From NCBI RefSeq assembly GCF_009914755.1, contig NC_060933.1: a stretch of 64,000 nucleotides of DNA, one strand, 5' to 3'. Below, in pieces: positions 26,501 through 41,669 of the stretch. Under the pieces are notes generated by a model. The model worked only from the letters and a program-made list of their open reading frames with translations, searched no databases and was not told the origin of the DNA. Numbering within the stretch: position 1 is the stretch's first letter; every line of letters starts with the position of its first letter. The position numbers and the translations under genes were made by a program. The DNA comes from the human T2T-CHM13v2.0 reference genome, Homo sapiens.

Positions 26501-29500
26501 CCTTATGAAACATGGGCCTGAGCTGAAGCAGCGAAGGTTCCTCAGGGCATAAAGATAGGGATCTCTGACTTCTCCATGGGATGTCAGGCTTTGGTGAAAT
26601 TTTCCTGGCACATGCCTGACCCCTGCTGCTGTGAACTTTGCTGGGAGCCTACCCATCCCTCACTGGGCATCTGATTCTCAGCAGGTGTTCAGGAGGACAA
26701 ATGGTGATAGCCAAGTTGAATGAATGCCCTCTCCATGTGGGCACTGTACTAAGTGCATGGATGGATCATCTTTCACTTCTCCCAATAACCTGATGAGATA
26801 AATAACTTCTTATTATGGCCATTTTACAGTTGAAAAACCTGCAGCTCTAGAAGGCTACCACACTTCCCCCAAGAAGATATGGCTGGTGTAGGGTAGATGA
26901 AGTATTTGAACATACAGTCTGACTTCAGAGCCCACACTGACAACCACTGAGCTTTGTAACTCCTACAGCTCACATGGTGGCAATATTTGTTTGGGGAGGT
27001 CATGGCCTCTCAACACACCTCCCTGATGCTGCCCTGCCTATTCCATCCCTCTCCCGCCATTTGCATTTACACTGACGTAGAGTGTATGAGTCTTTTGATG
27101 AACACTTACAACATGCCTTGTATGATTTTAGTTCATTACAGTCAGTACTTTTCTTCAGTCTCTGCACAGTAGGTATTGTTACATCTGCCTTACAGAAGAG
27201 CAAATGGAGGCTCAAGAAGGTGAAATATCTTCCTGAAGGTCATCTGGGCAGCAAGGGGCAAGGCTTAGATTCTGAGTTCAAGGGCTGGGCTCCTTTCAAA
27301 GTGCTTGAGTGGAGCCCTGCCTGACTGACCCAGATTGAAGTGATTCCCATACCTCTAAACTGCGGCTCCTCTTTTCCTGATACTGTCTTCATGGAATGCA
27401 GAACTGCGCAGCACGGAAGTCCAACAGTTAACTCATGATAATGGATAGTTACTTGTGTCATGAGACTTTGGGGTCCTGAGAGTGAGGGCCACCTGTGTTC
27501 ACTCTGCATTCCACACAAACCCTTAGCCCAGCACCCAGCACACTATAGATATTTAAAATTCCAGTGGCAAAATGTCATCCTCTTTCTCCATAATTTCAGC
27601 TGTGAGTTACGGAGCAAGTCACTTCATGCTTCTTAAACTCTACTGTCCATGTCTATCAAAATGAAATAATACCACCTCCCTATAAAATTGGTTGTATGGT
27701 GAAATGAGGAACTAAATGTAAAACATCTATTATTAAATAGAATGCCTTATGCAAAGTAAGTGTCTAGTAAAATAAAACAAATACATTAAAAAGCCGTTAT
27801 CATAGGAACATCTGCACCTGAAGCAACCCATTGATTATCTGAGGTTTCCAAACCTGTGAAACATAATCATGGAGTAAAAAGTATCTCTGGAAAGAAATAG
27901 AAAACAAATAATCCTGCTTATTAGTAATTATATAAGACAGGTCTTAACTTAGTTAACTGGTTTTATGGTACACAGACATTGAGGCTTATCAATAAAATTA
28001 ATAATAATGATGCTGATGATAATACCAAGCATCTGCATAACATTGTATAATTCTAGAATGTTCTCATTTATAGTAACAGTGGAAGGGAAAAAGAGACACA
28101 AAAAACAAATATGCAGGTATGGAGTCTGAAGGGTCAGGTCACAAAGGAGAGCCCAGCAAATCCTCCGGTATGGCTCCCCTGTCTCTCTCCTCTTCAGTCT
28201 CATCCTTTCTAACTCATCCTTTCCGTTGTAGTCAATTTGATCTGCCAAAAATTCAAATAGAATCTTATAATTTATCTGTCTAAAGACTCTTCATGACTTT
28301 CCACTGCTTTTAGAACAAAGTCAAATGCTTGCACATGGCTTGCAAGGAAGGCCCTTTACAGCCTGGTCTATAACAGCCTCTTCATCACTTGCTGCTATCT
28401 ATTCCTTTGTGAAGCAAAACAAGCCAAACCTAACGTCTCACAGCTCCTTCACATATAATTTTCTCTTTCACTTCAAATACTTCCTATTCCTCATCTCCCC
28501 TAGCTAAGAGCTACACATCCTTCAGATCTCTGATTAGCTCTCTGCTACTCAGATAAATCTTTCCTGACCCTCTGCAGTAAGTGGATCCCTTTGTTAAATG
28601 GCAGCATCTAATTATTCCCTCATAACATACTCTTATTATTCAGTATCTTCTTCCCCATAGACTGCAAACTCCCCTAGGATCAAATAAGATATTCCATATT
28701 TAAGAACCTGGCATGACACCAGGAATGCAACATGATGTTTGACTTCTTTCCTCTCTTAGACTCAGTTTCCTCAAAGGGATAATTATGTTGACAACATCCA
28801 TTCTTCCTGCCATACTGGGCTGGTATGAAAATAAAAGGACATATAAAAGAGTAATGTTAAAATTCCCAATTGCTATTCATTTAGCAGTGATATTTATCTT
28901 ATTTTGTAATTTAGAAAGATGATCTACAAAAGCAAAACCAAAGTAAACCAAAAGATAATTCGAAATTTTGATAGGTAAGATTAGGAAAAATACCATCAAT
29001 GGGATCTGAAAAAAACCTCAAAATACTTCGAGCGAAACACACGATCTATATTGATTTGTCTATAATGCTCTATCTCTGTCATCTGTCATCAGTTTATCTA
29101 TCTATCTACCTATCATCCAATGTTGATCACACCAAAACCTTTTTTTTCAAAACATTTCCTTAATTGTTAAATTTTTGTGACTTCAAAGAAAAGTGAAATC
29201 CATATAATTCTGAGTCATCTACAGTTAAATCATTAAAACATTACTTTTTAGTGGTCAGGAGATTTTGAGATGATTTGAATACATTTCCTAAAACCATTAT
29301 CTTCTTCTCTCTTCATTTTAACCACCCTTCCTAAACACAATGCCACACTAAGGAAATGAGCAAAATCAGAATACAACAAACGCTCAAAATACTGTGGGTG
29401 CATGAACTCATAAAACATGAAATAACTTTCTGGGAGTTGGAAATATTGGCTGAAAACATCATTTTCTCTTTTGAACCTGAATGTGATGGACAAAACCAAC

Positions 29501-30258
29501 TGAATCAGGGAAAAAAAATATCTATTTAGTACATTATCAAGCATCTATGATAAACCAGGCTCTGAACAAGGAAGACATTGACTCTAATCTCAAGAACTTA
29601 TGTTACAGAAGTAGAGAGAGACATCAAGTAATTTCATGAATGCCATGCACTGCACTGGACTCTCTGTGAACATGTTACAGGTAAATCTGATGTTATCTGG
29701 GATGTCAGCAAACGTTTTCCTGAGTAAAGAATATCCAAGGTAACATATGGCTTGACTTTTAGCCTAAGAGCAATGTTTTATAGCCATGGAGGTGATAAGA
29801 ACTGATCTAAATTTTAGAGAGGTTATCAAGGTGGCTTTGAAGAGAAAGAAACCCAGGGCAGTGGGCAGTATGATGGGGTAGAGACCATTTACAGAGGCCA
29901 CTAACCAAGTCAGCTTCTTTGAGACTCAGTTTTTTTCACCTCTAAAATGGAGGTTACAATCCTTCTTTCTCCATTGCAGAGTTGCCTGGAGGAGATAAGA
30001 GGATAGTGGGAGGAACTAAGAAGCTGGTGGGAGGAGCTAAAACAATAGGAGGGAGAGCTCTAAGGATGATGGATGAGCTAAGAGAATGATGAGAGGAACT
30101 ACGAAGATATGGGAAGAACCAAGAAAATTATGAGTGTGTGAATGCTTCACAACCTGAAAATGCTGTGCATGTTAAATTAATGGGAATAAAATGTACTTTA
30201 TCAGTGTCTTCACTTCCACAAGGACATGGATCCTGTGATGACCTACGGTCACACACCT

Positions 30259-30416
30259 TTGATGAAGTATGAGAGTTTTTAACTTACATTTGGAGGTGAG
30301 GGTTCTGTACCCTGAGATCCTAATGAAAGCCAGAGCATTGATGAAGTATGGGAGTTTTTAACTTATATTTGGAGGTGAGAGTTCTGTACCCTTGAGATCC
30401 TAATGAAAACCAGAGC
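30259..30416. repeat. 79-bp tandem duplication (2 diverged copies)
   Basis: ttgatgaagtatg(a/g)gagtttttaactta...gagatcctaatgaaa(g/a)ccagagc, starting at 30259 and 30338. Confidence 0.93.
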
Positions 30417-33369
30417 CTTTATTTTTTTAGAAAACTGCTTAGTGTAGAACAATGCCTATAATCCTCACCGATTTCCAGACACATATGCCCTGTAATCAAT
30501 CCAGGGACCTCATGTTAGAAATTTCAGGTTTAGTATAAAGCCCTCAGTCATTACAGCAGTTCTTTTCTAACTTGTCAGATTATAACTCATAGTAAAAAAT
30601 ACGCATTTAATATTTCTAGCCAACTGAACAAAAGTTGCATGAAGCAGTAATATTTCCTATTCTCTCCTGCTATATTGTTCTCTATTTAATGTTATTGCAG
30701 TTTGTTTTTTTCATGATTTTAAATGCTGGCTAAGACTTATAAATTGAACCTAACTTGTAGTGCGAAAAACAATGTTTAAAGAATGACAAGCCTATTTTTC
30801 AGTTTTGCCTCTATCTGTTAATTGCAGGGGCAATCTTGGACAATACACATCTCCTCTGAGCCTCAATATCCTCAGCTGTAACATGGGGATAATAGCGCTT
30901 ACCTGAAAAACTGAGACAATTAAGGTAATACTATAAGAAATCACTACGCAGAAATCATGGCACAGACTAGGTGTTCAATAAACTGTAGTGATTATAAATA
31001 GAGGTTGCTAATGGGGGAATTAGAGCATAGCTAAATCTCTCTTGCCTGAGGGAAAATAAAAAGGAAGAAGAAAAAGAAAAAAAAAAATCTCATTCATTTT
31101 CCACCCAGGGGGTCTTTCTGTCTTCCAAATGTAGCTATTTGCTGTGGGGAGAGGAACTCAGTCCAAATGCCTCTGTTTGCTGTGACAGGATTTATAAATA
31201 AGTAAAACGCTTTATCAAACATTTATAGTTGTGTGTGAATCCGAAAAGAAAAAAGAAAGGAAGAGGCACGTGGGCTTGGGGTTTATTTATAGTGACTCTC
31301 TGCTTTTCCCTTTCCTGCCACAATTGCACAGCTTAGCTTTCATTTGCTTATGATTGTTCTTGGATAAACTTCACTTCCAAACAGAGGGTATTAATTATTA
31401 AAACACAGACCAGATAAAACAGCCCATTCTGTTCCCCCAAACAATGACAGGATGATGCGGCAGAAGGAAGCCACTAGAAAAAAGGGCAGAGAATTGCCAA
31501 CACACGCTTTCAAACAGAGTCAATCTTTGGCAAAACTCATGTTAACGAACATTCTGTGGGCGCCTACTATGTGCAGCTTGGAGGCTACGTCAGACATGGT
31601 GGGGTGGGGCAGGGGGCTGGTGTGGGGAGGGAAGGTTTCCATGATGAATTAGAGACAGCTTTTAATTTATATCCCAGTGAAGGGAGGGAGTTCCCAACAA
31701 AAGCAAGGAGGAGATATGTAAACACCAAACTCTAAGAGAAAGTGCCTCTGAACAAAGTGCTTTGGGAACGGCATAACAGAGTACTTCCTCTTAGGAGGCA
31801 TCCTGGTCTTGGAAGGAGAGCAGCTCTGGGATCTGGCTATCTTGGGTTTGAATCCCTGTTCCAGCACATCCTACCTCTGTGATCATGAGCATGGTCATCT
31901 CTTCATGACACAGGTGTGGTTATACCTCTTGGGGAAGGTCATTGTGAGGACTAAATATGAAAATTCATGTGAACTGCTAGACACACTGCATATAATCATT
32001 AAATAGCAAGTATTTAATAGTAATAAGATTCAGTTTGGCACATAGTAGGCACTAAATAAATCTCATACTTCCTTTCCTTTGCTTGAGAGTCTTAATTCAA
32101 TTTCAATTGCATCCACCTTCCAGCCACTCCAAATACAATGTGCTTGTATATCATTGACATCCTCTGTTTCCCATTGTGTGTCTCATCCTTATATGACCTC
32201 AGTTGCAATCTTCTTCAGAACTTATCTATTAATTAATGTATTCATCCATTAATATTGATTGAGCACCTGCTAGGTGACAACACTGATGAAGGCACTAGGG
32301 ATTCAATGAAGAAGGAAGACAAAATTTCTACCTGCATGAAGCATGCTTTCTAATGGGGCAGAGAGCAATAACTGCATCAATAAGTAAAATATAAGCTTTG
32401 TCAGATGATGCTAAACACTAAAGAGAAAGATCAGGCAGGAAAAAGAAGCATGAATTGCTGGAGTGAGTGCTATTTAAAATGAGAAGGCCTGGGGAGACCT
32501 TATGGGGAAAGTAACATGTATGCAGAGACTGAAGAGGTCACAAGCAGCCAGGTAGGTATTTAAGAGAAGAGTGTTCCAACAGAGAAGACAGCAGATGAAA
32601 CACCTTGAGGCAGAAGCAGGCTTGGCCGTATCCCATTTCTCATTTTAGTCTTCAGAAAAGAGGCAGGGAGCAGAGTGATTTGATTTTGCAAAACAACTCT
32701 GCTTTTCCCACATACTAATATAAGCAAGCCATACCTTGCCAGGTATCGTATCCATTGTCCACATTAGGTTCCACAAATACATGTACCAAGAGACAGATGC
32801 CTAGATGTGTTCTGCCCCTTCTTTATGTGACAGGGCAGCATGGTTCTAGGCTGGGCTCAAAGTTGCTGGGAACCGCATCATTACCACCAACCATGCCATC
32901 CTGAGATCCTGAGCTCTCCAAGGATGAGAGCTCTCAGCGACATCCCATAGAATTTGGACTAACTTCTCAGGATGCTAGCACTTTGCAGGAGGAATTTAAA
33001 TAAAACTAGAAACAAACAAAGGCAAAAGAAAAAAAGAAAAGAAAAGAAAAGAAAAAATATTATGAGGAAGCACAGAATAGAAATATTCTCCTTTGCCCAA
33101 CTAACTGAAACATTTGCAGGTATGCAATGCCTCACAGAGTACAGGTACAGGGTTAGTGTCATGTCCAAAGAGTAAAGGCTCCAGAGAAAGCCCTGCCTGC
33201 ATGGGTTCCTGGCCTAGCTGTGTGACTGCAGAAGGGTTGTTTAACCTCTCTGTGGATGAATCTATAAAATGAAACTAATAACAGTACTTTTCTCAAAGCA
33301 CTGGTGTTAATGTAAAATGAGTTATTTGAGTAAATGTCTAACCTAGTACCTGGTATGGAGTAATCTATT

Positions 33370-33741
33370 TGATATGGTTTGGCTGTGTCCCCACCCAAAT
33401 CTCATATTGAATCATAATCCCCATGTGTCAATGGAGGGACCTGGTGGGAAGTGACTGGATCATGGGATCGGTTTCCCCCATGCTGTTCTCGTGATAGTGA
33501 GTGAGATCTCATGAGATCTGATGGTTTTACAAGGGGCTCTTCCCCCTTTGCTCCTTCTTCTCTCTCCTACTGCCTTGTGAAGAAGGTGCTTGCTCCTTCT
33601 TCACCTTCGGCCATAATTGTAAGTTTAAGTTTCCTGAGGCCTCCCCAGCCATGTGGAACTGTGACTCAATTAAACCTCTTTCCTTTATAAATTACCGAGC
33701 CTTGGGCACTTTTTATAGCAGTGTGAAAATGAACTAATACA
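33370..33741 (+). mobile_element. Solo MaLR LTR (THE1/MSTA-like)
   Basis: TGatatggtttggctgtgtccccacccaaatctc...gaactaataCA, with 5-bp TSD ctatt/ctatc. Confidence 0.9.
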
Positions 33742-33759
33742 CTATCTAAACATTAGTGT

Positions 33760-34380
33760 TTAAAAGAATGACTATATACATTTTAGTAAATTCATATAAG
33801 GGGACACTATATCGTAATTAAAAAAAATTATCAATACTTGCAACAACATGGATGAATCTCAAACATGATGTTTTGAGTGAAAAGAAGGCAGACACAAAAT
33901 AACGCATCTGTAGGATCGCATATCTATGAAGCACAGGAAATATCAATTTATGATCTAAGAAGCCAGAGTACTGTTTACTTTTTATGGGTGGACATGGTCT
34001 AGGAAGGTACAAAAAAATGAAACATAAGGGGTGCTAGAATTATTCTATCATAAGGCTGCCCAGCAGAACTTTCTGTTACAATGACATTGTTCATATTCTA
34101 TGTTGTGTGATACAGTAGGTACTGTAGAATAGGCATATGCTGCCACCGGGTCCTTAGAATGTGGCTTGTTTGACCAAAGAACTGGACTTTTAAGTTTAAT
34201 TAATTTTCATTAATTTTAATTTCAAAGGCCACTGTATCGGGAGGCACAGATCTATATGTTGGTCTGGGTGGTGGTTACTTGAGTATAGGCATACATAAAG
34301 AAAACCAAGAATACATTTAAGTCTAGTGCAATTTATATGCACTGCATATACTTTATTGAGTGTTACCTTTTAAAAATTAG
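33760..34380 (+). mobile_element. Old L1M 3' fragment interrupted by a MER3-like element (about 34055-34250)
   Basis: gcaacaacatggatgaatctcaaacat...gatct...ggtctgggtggtggttac; cagaactttctg...aattttaattt. Confidence 0.65.
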
Positions 34381-35099
34381 CTATGACTATTAATCTACAT
34401 GCATCACCTCATACATTCCTCACACACTTGAGGTAATATAGAGAGGAAAGTCCCCATTGTCCCCATTTGTGAACTGGTTCAGCTGTGGCTCAGAGAGGTG
34501 GATGTGATCTGGGAATGGTCACGTGGCTTGTGAATCCCAGAGTGGGTAACATTTCTATCCAAGTTTTCTCTCACGAATGGGAAAAAGGCAGTGTAAAATA
34601 ACCTGCTGAGATGATTTCATTCAACAATTCATTCATCAAGGGCATACTGTTTGAGTGCCAGATGCTGTTTTAGATGCTTAAAAGAAAACACTGGACAAAA
34701 GGGAAAGTTCTGGTTTCCATGGAGCTTTCATTAGGAATCTTTGCTCATCCCACACTTTGGCCACCCCTTGGGTCCCTTACCTGAAGTAACTTGACCATGG
34801 GCCAAATTGTGTGAAATCAGACTCAACTAAGCATTCGCAGTTACCTATGCTCTAGATTTGACTCCTGCTTCCTACTGGAACTACCTAGGCTTCTTGTTCT
34901 TCTAGACTTAGATTTTCTCATTTATAAAATAAGGAAAGGGATAAAAGAAGACATACAGGAAAAATACTAACTAGCATAAAGGCAAACAGCATGTATGGCA
35001 ATAAAGATTCTTATTACTTAATTGTAAAACACCAATTACTTACAAAAAAATAAATAAAACCACAGCAATCCAAAACTTCATTCACTTAGCAATCTGGCC

Positions 35100-35996
35100 C
35101 CAAAACAAGAAAGCAAAACCTGTTAGAAACAAATGAAATTCACCAATCTTGAGTTTGAATGAAAGATTTTTGCACATCTGTCTTAAAAGCAACCGTAACT
35201 ACAAAAAAATCAAGCAGGCAAAAAATTAGATATAGAAATTTGGTCAATAAAAGTAACAGGTAGTATCTAATGGTTACACATGAAATGTTTTGTCCATTAA
35301 TTAGAAAATGTACAGTGTTTCTCAAACACACAGAAACTATTTATAAAAAGTAGCCATGCTCCAGGGTACAAAGTAAACCTAACAAATAGCCAAGAATTTA
35401 ATAGTACCCAGAACATATTATTTAATAAAATACAGTAAAATTAGTGTTAATAACAAAAAGTTTTCTAAACATATGCCTGGAAATGTAAATAAAAATGTCC
35501 AAATAATAAACAAAATAATAAAAAAATAGAATTAAACAACATGCACGCTACATAGCAAAACTTGAGGTCTAGAGATAAAGAAACACTTCAGAGAAAGTTA
35601 TACCATTTGATGCAAATATTGTTAAAAAGAAAGATTGAAAAATAATCATCTAGGCATTTAAGAAGTTAAAAAAGAATGGCAATAATAATAAAGAATGTAG
35701 AATAAAGAAAATATGATAAAAATTAATGATATAGAAGAGAAATAATATAGAATATCAACAAATCATGAGCAAAGTTTTTTTAAACCTTTTATCACTACGT
35801 CTTGCTCTCTCTCCTTTACTCTTACTAAAAAACAGAAACCAAAACCAAGAACAAAAAAAAACACTAATAAAATAGATATAATATAACACCAACAAGATTG
35901 ACAGACAAGGCATAAAAACAAAATCTCTGGAATTAAAATGAGGACAGAATTATAGATGTGGTAGAGACTTGGGATATGTATAGCTAGCTAGCTAAC

Positions 35997-36033
<37 letters not shown>

Positions 36034-38400
36034 TAGATAGACACACAACCATGAATACACATACTTATTTATCACAGGTATACAAACACACATGCATATA
36101 TAATACTATCTGCTAAATATTTAACAAATAATATTAAACAACACAAGACAATATGTCTATAAATGAGACAACTTAGAAAAAATAAGTGAGTCTCAGGAAA
36201 ATAACAAATACTAAAACAGAGTTAAGAAGAAACAGACAACTAAAATAGCCATATAAATATTTGAACCAATAGTCAGAAATTACCATCTAACAAATAGACA
36301 AACATCAAACAAATAGACTTAAGCATAAATTCTAGCAAACTTTATGAGATATACCCACTTCACATAATAATTACATATACAAATATTTATACACAATAGC
36401 ATGACAGCACAAGAAGGAAGGCTGTGTAAACCTCATGTTTTATGAAGCTAGGATAATGTTGATATTGGAACTTAACAAAGATGTTAAAAAACGTAAGGAT
36501 AGTTTACTAATAGAAACGACAGTAATACACTACACAATCAGGTTAAAAGAGAAGACATCACCTCACTTGATGCTGAAAGAGTATTTAATAAATTGTAATA
36601 TCCAATCACGGCTTGAAAAATGATTAGTATATTAGGAATAGAAGGAAAATTTGCTGTCAAAAGTTTACTAACATTTACTATTTGGTTATCTAACAAAAAC
36701 CTAACACTCTATCATTATGATATATTATGACATATAGTGATAGAGCTTTAGTTTTATTTTCTTTAAAGTAAAGTACAAGAAAATGGCATGCTCTGCCATC
36801 ATTTTTCTTCAACACTGAATGGGAGGCCCAGTCTGGAAGAGCATTAGAACAAGATAATTCAAATACAAGATACAAAGATTCGCAAGACTATTAATGGCAA
36901 ATTATGTCATTTTTTCCACATGAAAATTTAAAAAAAATCTAGAGGCTAAAAGTAATAAAATAATCACATCTTCTGGCTTCAATCAAAGAAAAACTGATGT
37001 TCTTATACACAAGAAAGGAACAATTAATAAATGTAATACAAGTGAAAAGATACAATTTGCAACAGTTGCAGAAATAGTGATGCTGGTAGAAATTAGATAC
37101 AACTAAAAGTCTGTGATATATGTATAGATAAAATGTTTAGATGTTTAACTCTATTCATAGCCATACAAGAAGGCTCAAATAAAGAAATATATTATTTCAT
37201 GGATGAGAAGTCTAAGTTTTGTGAATTTTGCAAGTGAGTCTGTAAATTGAATGTAATCCCAATCCCAGTGACAGCAAGCCTTTTCATAAATAAGACTTTA
37301 TCTTAAAATTCACACAGAAGAGTAATGAGAGAAAAATAGCTAAGACATTTACAGAAGAAAATGAATGAGGGAGTCCTGCCCTTTCTGATACCAAGATATT
37401 ACAAAACCATAATAACTAAAAGTAGCATGGTACTAGAACAGGAGAGCTCAGAAACTGACCTCCAGATACACGAGGACTTGTCCTATGACAGTGGTGTCAT
37501 AAATCCATGGAGTAAGAATGGACTCCAGATAGTGAACTAGGACAATTAGCTATCCATGTGAAAAACTAAAGCAAACAAAGTCCATGGTTAAAGACTGAAA
37601 TGTTTACAAGCAAAATCTTAAAAATTTAGAAGAAATTATAGGTGCATAACTAAGACACTAGGATAGTAAAAAATTCTAAATTCCTCAGTTATTCACAAAA
37701 AGTATAAACTACAAATGAAAAAAACATTGTAGAATTAAAATGAAAATATTCAAAATTAGGAAATGATTTTCTTAACAAAACTAAAACATAAGTCATAGAT
37801 TGGAAGAAGATATTTTCACATGACAAAGGCCTACTTATGTTTTTAAATATGATTATTATCAATATTTATAAGGAACATTTACTAATCAGGTAAAAAAAAA
37901 ACCATCATAAAAATATGCAAAAGATATAATCAGGATTGAAAAAGAAAGAAAATTTAATATAAGGAAAAATGTTTAACCTCATTATTATCTTTGACATGCA
38001 AATTAAATAATCATTGAAGTTATAATTTCATATCTTACAGAATGGCAAAATATAATAAGGGTTGTCGAGAATTTGGGAAAATGAGAGATTTTATTCATTG
38101 CTGGTGGAGTGTGGTAAGATAAAAAATTTAAAAGCACAGGACACAGGACAATCTTAGATAAGATTATGATACCATATATAAAGTAAAAGTATAACTATCC
38201 AAATAGGTTAGAAATATCAACCTTTGTGTAGTAAGAAACAGAATCAGTGAAGTTGATTAGCTATGTGTAATTTAACATTTTAAATGTAAAAAAATCCGAT
38301 GTATACCACAAAATATTTGTATTCTCATTTGGGTGGTTAGAATATATGTAATTATATTTACTTTATTGCATGATAAAAGTAATTTGTAACTAAAAATAAA
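35100..38400 (+). mobile_element. Highly degenerate L1M (ORF2 to 3' region) with a (GATA)n microsatellite at about 35998-36042
   Basis: A-rich, with L1 ORF2-like remnants (ttttatgaagctaggataatgttgata; aggaatagaaggaaa; tattacaaaaccataataactaaa; gacatgcaaattaaa). Confidence 0.75.
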
Positions 38401-38511
38401 GTACATTTTAGGAGTATTTTAGAAAAGATTTAATTGAAGAAAAAAAAAGATAGATATGAGGATGTAAAGATGAAGCCAAGGGAAAGATCAGCGCTAAAAT
38501 TTAACTTACAG

Positions 38512-38792
38512 TGCCAGGTACAGTGGCTTACACCTCTAAACCCCACAACTTGGGAGGCTGAGGTGGGAGGCTTGCTCAAGGCCAGGAGTTCAAGACCAGC
38601 CTAAGTAGCATAGCAAGACTTCATCTCCAAAAAATTGTTTTAATTAGCTAGGCATGATGGTGTACTCCTGTAGTCCCAGCTACTTGAGAGACTGAGGTAG
38701 GAGATTGCTTGAGCCTATGAGTTGCAGTGAGCTATGATCACACCACTGCACTCTAGCCTGGGTGACAGAATAAGACCTTGTCTCTAAAAAAT
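38512..38792 (+). mobile_element. AluJ
   Basis: gccaggtacagtggcttacacct...gcagtgagctatgatcacaccactgcactctagcctggg. Confidence 0.9.
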
Positions 38793-41620
38793 AAAGAATT
38801 AATACATACAATGTCTGGTATATTTCCTAGAGTTTCTGTTTCAAATTAGACTCTGAGCATTCTAGCAGACAGTACAAACATGGAAAACTTGTTATAGTAT
38901 TCAGATGTCTAAAAAGTTTAAAATAACCATCTGGCCAAAGAACAGTAATCCTGATTCTGGTTTTTGAGGATAATGTTCCTATTTCATAACCTGTGTGAGT
39001 TATTAAGTAACAGCCTCACCCAGACCCTCTATGAAATTAGAGTGAACTACAATGAGGTCTAATGATAAAAACAGTACCTGTATAGGCCAAGGAGTGTCTA
39101 AACAGTTTATGCTCTGTAACTAACTTAATACTTACAGCTAGCCTTGTTTTATTATTATCACCATTTTATGCATAAGGAAGCTGAGGGACAAATCAGTTAA
39201 ATAACTTGACTCAGTCCTACAGCTGTGAAGTGGAGAAACCTGGAACAGAATGCATTCTCTCCACCGCCCGGTGTTAATGTCATCAAGGCAAAGTCAGCTT
39301 CACAGAAATAGTTTCATCATCTCCAAGTAAGATGGTCCAGGTGTGTCTGGGACCTTAGAATTGTGTGACCAAAGCTATAGATTCCCTCCCTCAGAAACTA
39401 AAGGTACCCAATGTTTTGCAAATATTTTCAGTGTAAAACTCAAACATGGGCCCCACATTTTAAAAATCCTACTCTAGAAAGGAGTGAGCAAATTGCATCT
39501 TCTCAGTCATTGATCTATGTATCTACCTGTTCACCATGGGGCATCCTTAATTTGGGAGGATTGCTAATATAATTAACATAGTAGGAGTGCACAAGAACTA
39601 CTAGTTGTGATTAGAGTCATCATTTTTATTATTGTTATATGCAGCAACCTGCGACCTGTTCTCTCAGCTTCCATGTGTGGCCTCTAATCCTCCATGCTTC
39701 CTTTAGTGGTAGGTGGGGCCCCTTCAGGAATAAATCTGAACTTGTCCATCCTGTGCCTCATTTGTTCCACACTCTACAAGGGCTTCACACTTAGAGGAGA
39801 ATCCCAGCTCTTTACCATCAACTCCAAGGCCCCGTGTGATCGGGCCCTGTCTTAGGTCTCCAATCTCACCATCTATAATTCTCACCTTTTCTTACCCACT
39901 CCATCCTATTGTCCCTTGTTGTTGGAATCTATCTCAAAGCCTTGCCTTATTTCAAATACTCTCTTGTTCTCTGATAATCTCTCTGACTTAGCAGTGCTTC
40001 ATCCCTTTCATTCTTTATTCTCTCTACTCCATCTTGACCCTTATCTCCATCCTTCATGAATGTTTTTATGAATGCATTCATGTAACAAATGTCCATGCTC
40101 TCCACTAGAATGAAAGCTCCACAAGGACAAGTACTGGTCTATTTTGAGCACTGCTGTGTCCCTGCTACCTGAAAGGCACCCAGCAGAGAACAGACACTCA
40201 ATGAGTGTCAGTGAACAGAAGGAAAGGAGATGGGTAGGGAAGTGAGTTGGTTTTTGTGATGATAACTTTTGGATACTGTTTTGGACAGATCTGTGTGCCC
40301 AGTTTTGAAGTAGATTGGTTTCACCCTCAAGCACTTAAGGACCAGAGATATATGTCCAACAGGAGAGGCCAGCATAGACAAAAATCAGCAGCAAATTCCC
40401 CAACATCCCTCACTAACTGCTCCAGGGCAGGCAATGAAAGGACAATGGATAAGCGCTCAGAGGGACAAAATCAGAGGGGGCAAAGTTCTAGGATCTCTGC
40501 TGGCAGGAAAAGTGTGGAATTCTGGCCTGCCTATCCTGGCATAGAATCCTCACCACTCAGATCCAATTAGCAAGGGCACAGAGAAGACGCAGGCAGGGAA
40601 ATCAAAGTGCCAAGGGCTGGCAAAACATCATCTGCAGGGGAGAAGGCTGGGCCCAGCTGGGCTGCATAGAGCGGCACCAGCCCTAATTAAGTTATTAGAC
40701 ACACATGGCTGCAGCCAGGGTGTTCCTGGGCCCACCACCACAGACAGTGATGGCTCTGTGGGAGGCTGCTGACTCAGGATTCCAACTGAGCTCCCTCCAG
40801 CCCTCTCATAGCCTGTTTTTCCTTCTCCTTTCTTCCTTTATTCTTTTGTAAACATAGTAGATGAAGCGGATATTCCCTGAGAGTAGTAACAGAGATAACG
40901 TACGTGCACACAATCCTTAACAGTCTATATGACACACCATTAGCTCATTTCTTTTATTTATGTATTCAGCCAATATGTATTGAAGGCTTACTATGTGCCA
41001 GGAAATATCCCATGTGCTGATTACAGAGTATGTGTGAACAGACTTAGAATTCCAACCACCAGAGCTTTCTTTCTACTTTGGGAAGGACAAGACTATATAT
41101 GTACACAGCATATGTATGTATGCATACATGTATATAAATATATATAATGATATGCTGATATATACATATTTTCACATATATATGCTTATGTGGGGATATA
41201 TATGTGTGTGTGTGTATGTATATATATCCACATATCTTCTATATATAGTCATCTTGAGATAAGTAACCCAGCTTGTTGCCGTTTCCATCTCCCACATGGT
41301 GAACCAGTCTCCAAGAGGTAAAATGGATTACTTAGGATGACACCATCCTAATAGGAGACCCCATCATTTGTAACACTAGGGAAGGGATTAGCAATATTCT
41401 TCTGGCTCCTAAAAGGAAGTCTCTCTTCTTCCTCTTCTTGGTTGCTTCTCCTTCTTGCACCTCTTCCTTGCCCCCATCTCTTCTCTTACCTTTGATAAAT
41501 AAAAGTGTAATGTAACGACATGAGGGCTTCCCTCCTATGCTTGTTTCTCTCCTATGCTTGCTGTACTCCAGGACTGCTGGGCCTAAAGGCACAGGCAGGG
41601 CCTTTCTGCCTGATTCTGAA

Positions 41621-41669
41621 AGACCCCACTGCAGATCTGTCATTCAGACCCCACTGCAGATCTGTCATT
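41621..41669. repeat. 25-bp tandem duplication
   Basis: agaccccactgcagatctgtcatt(c) x2. Confidence 0.95.
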
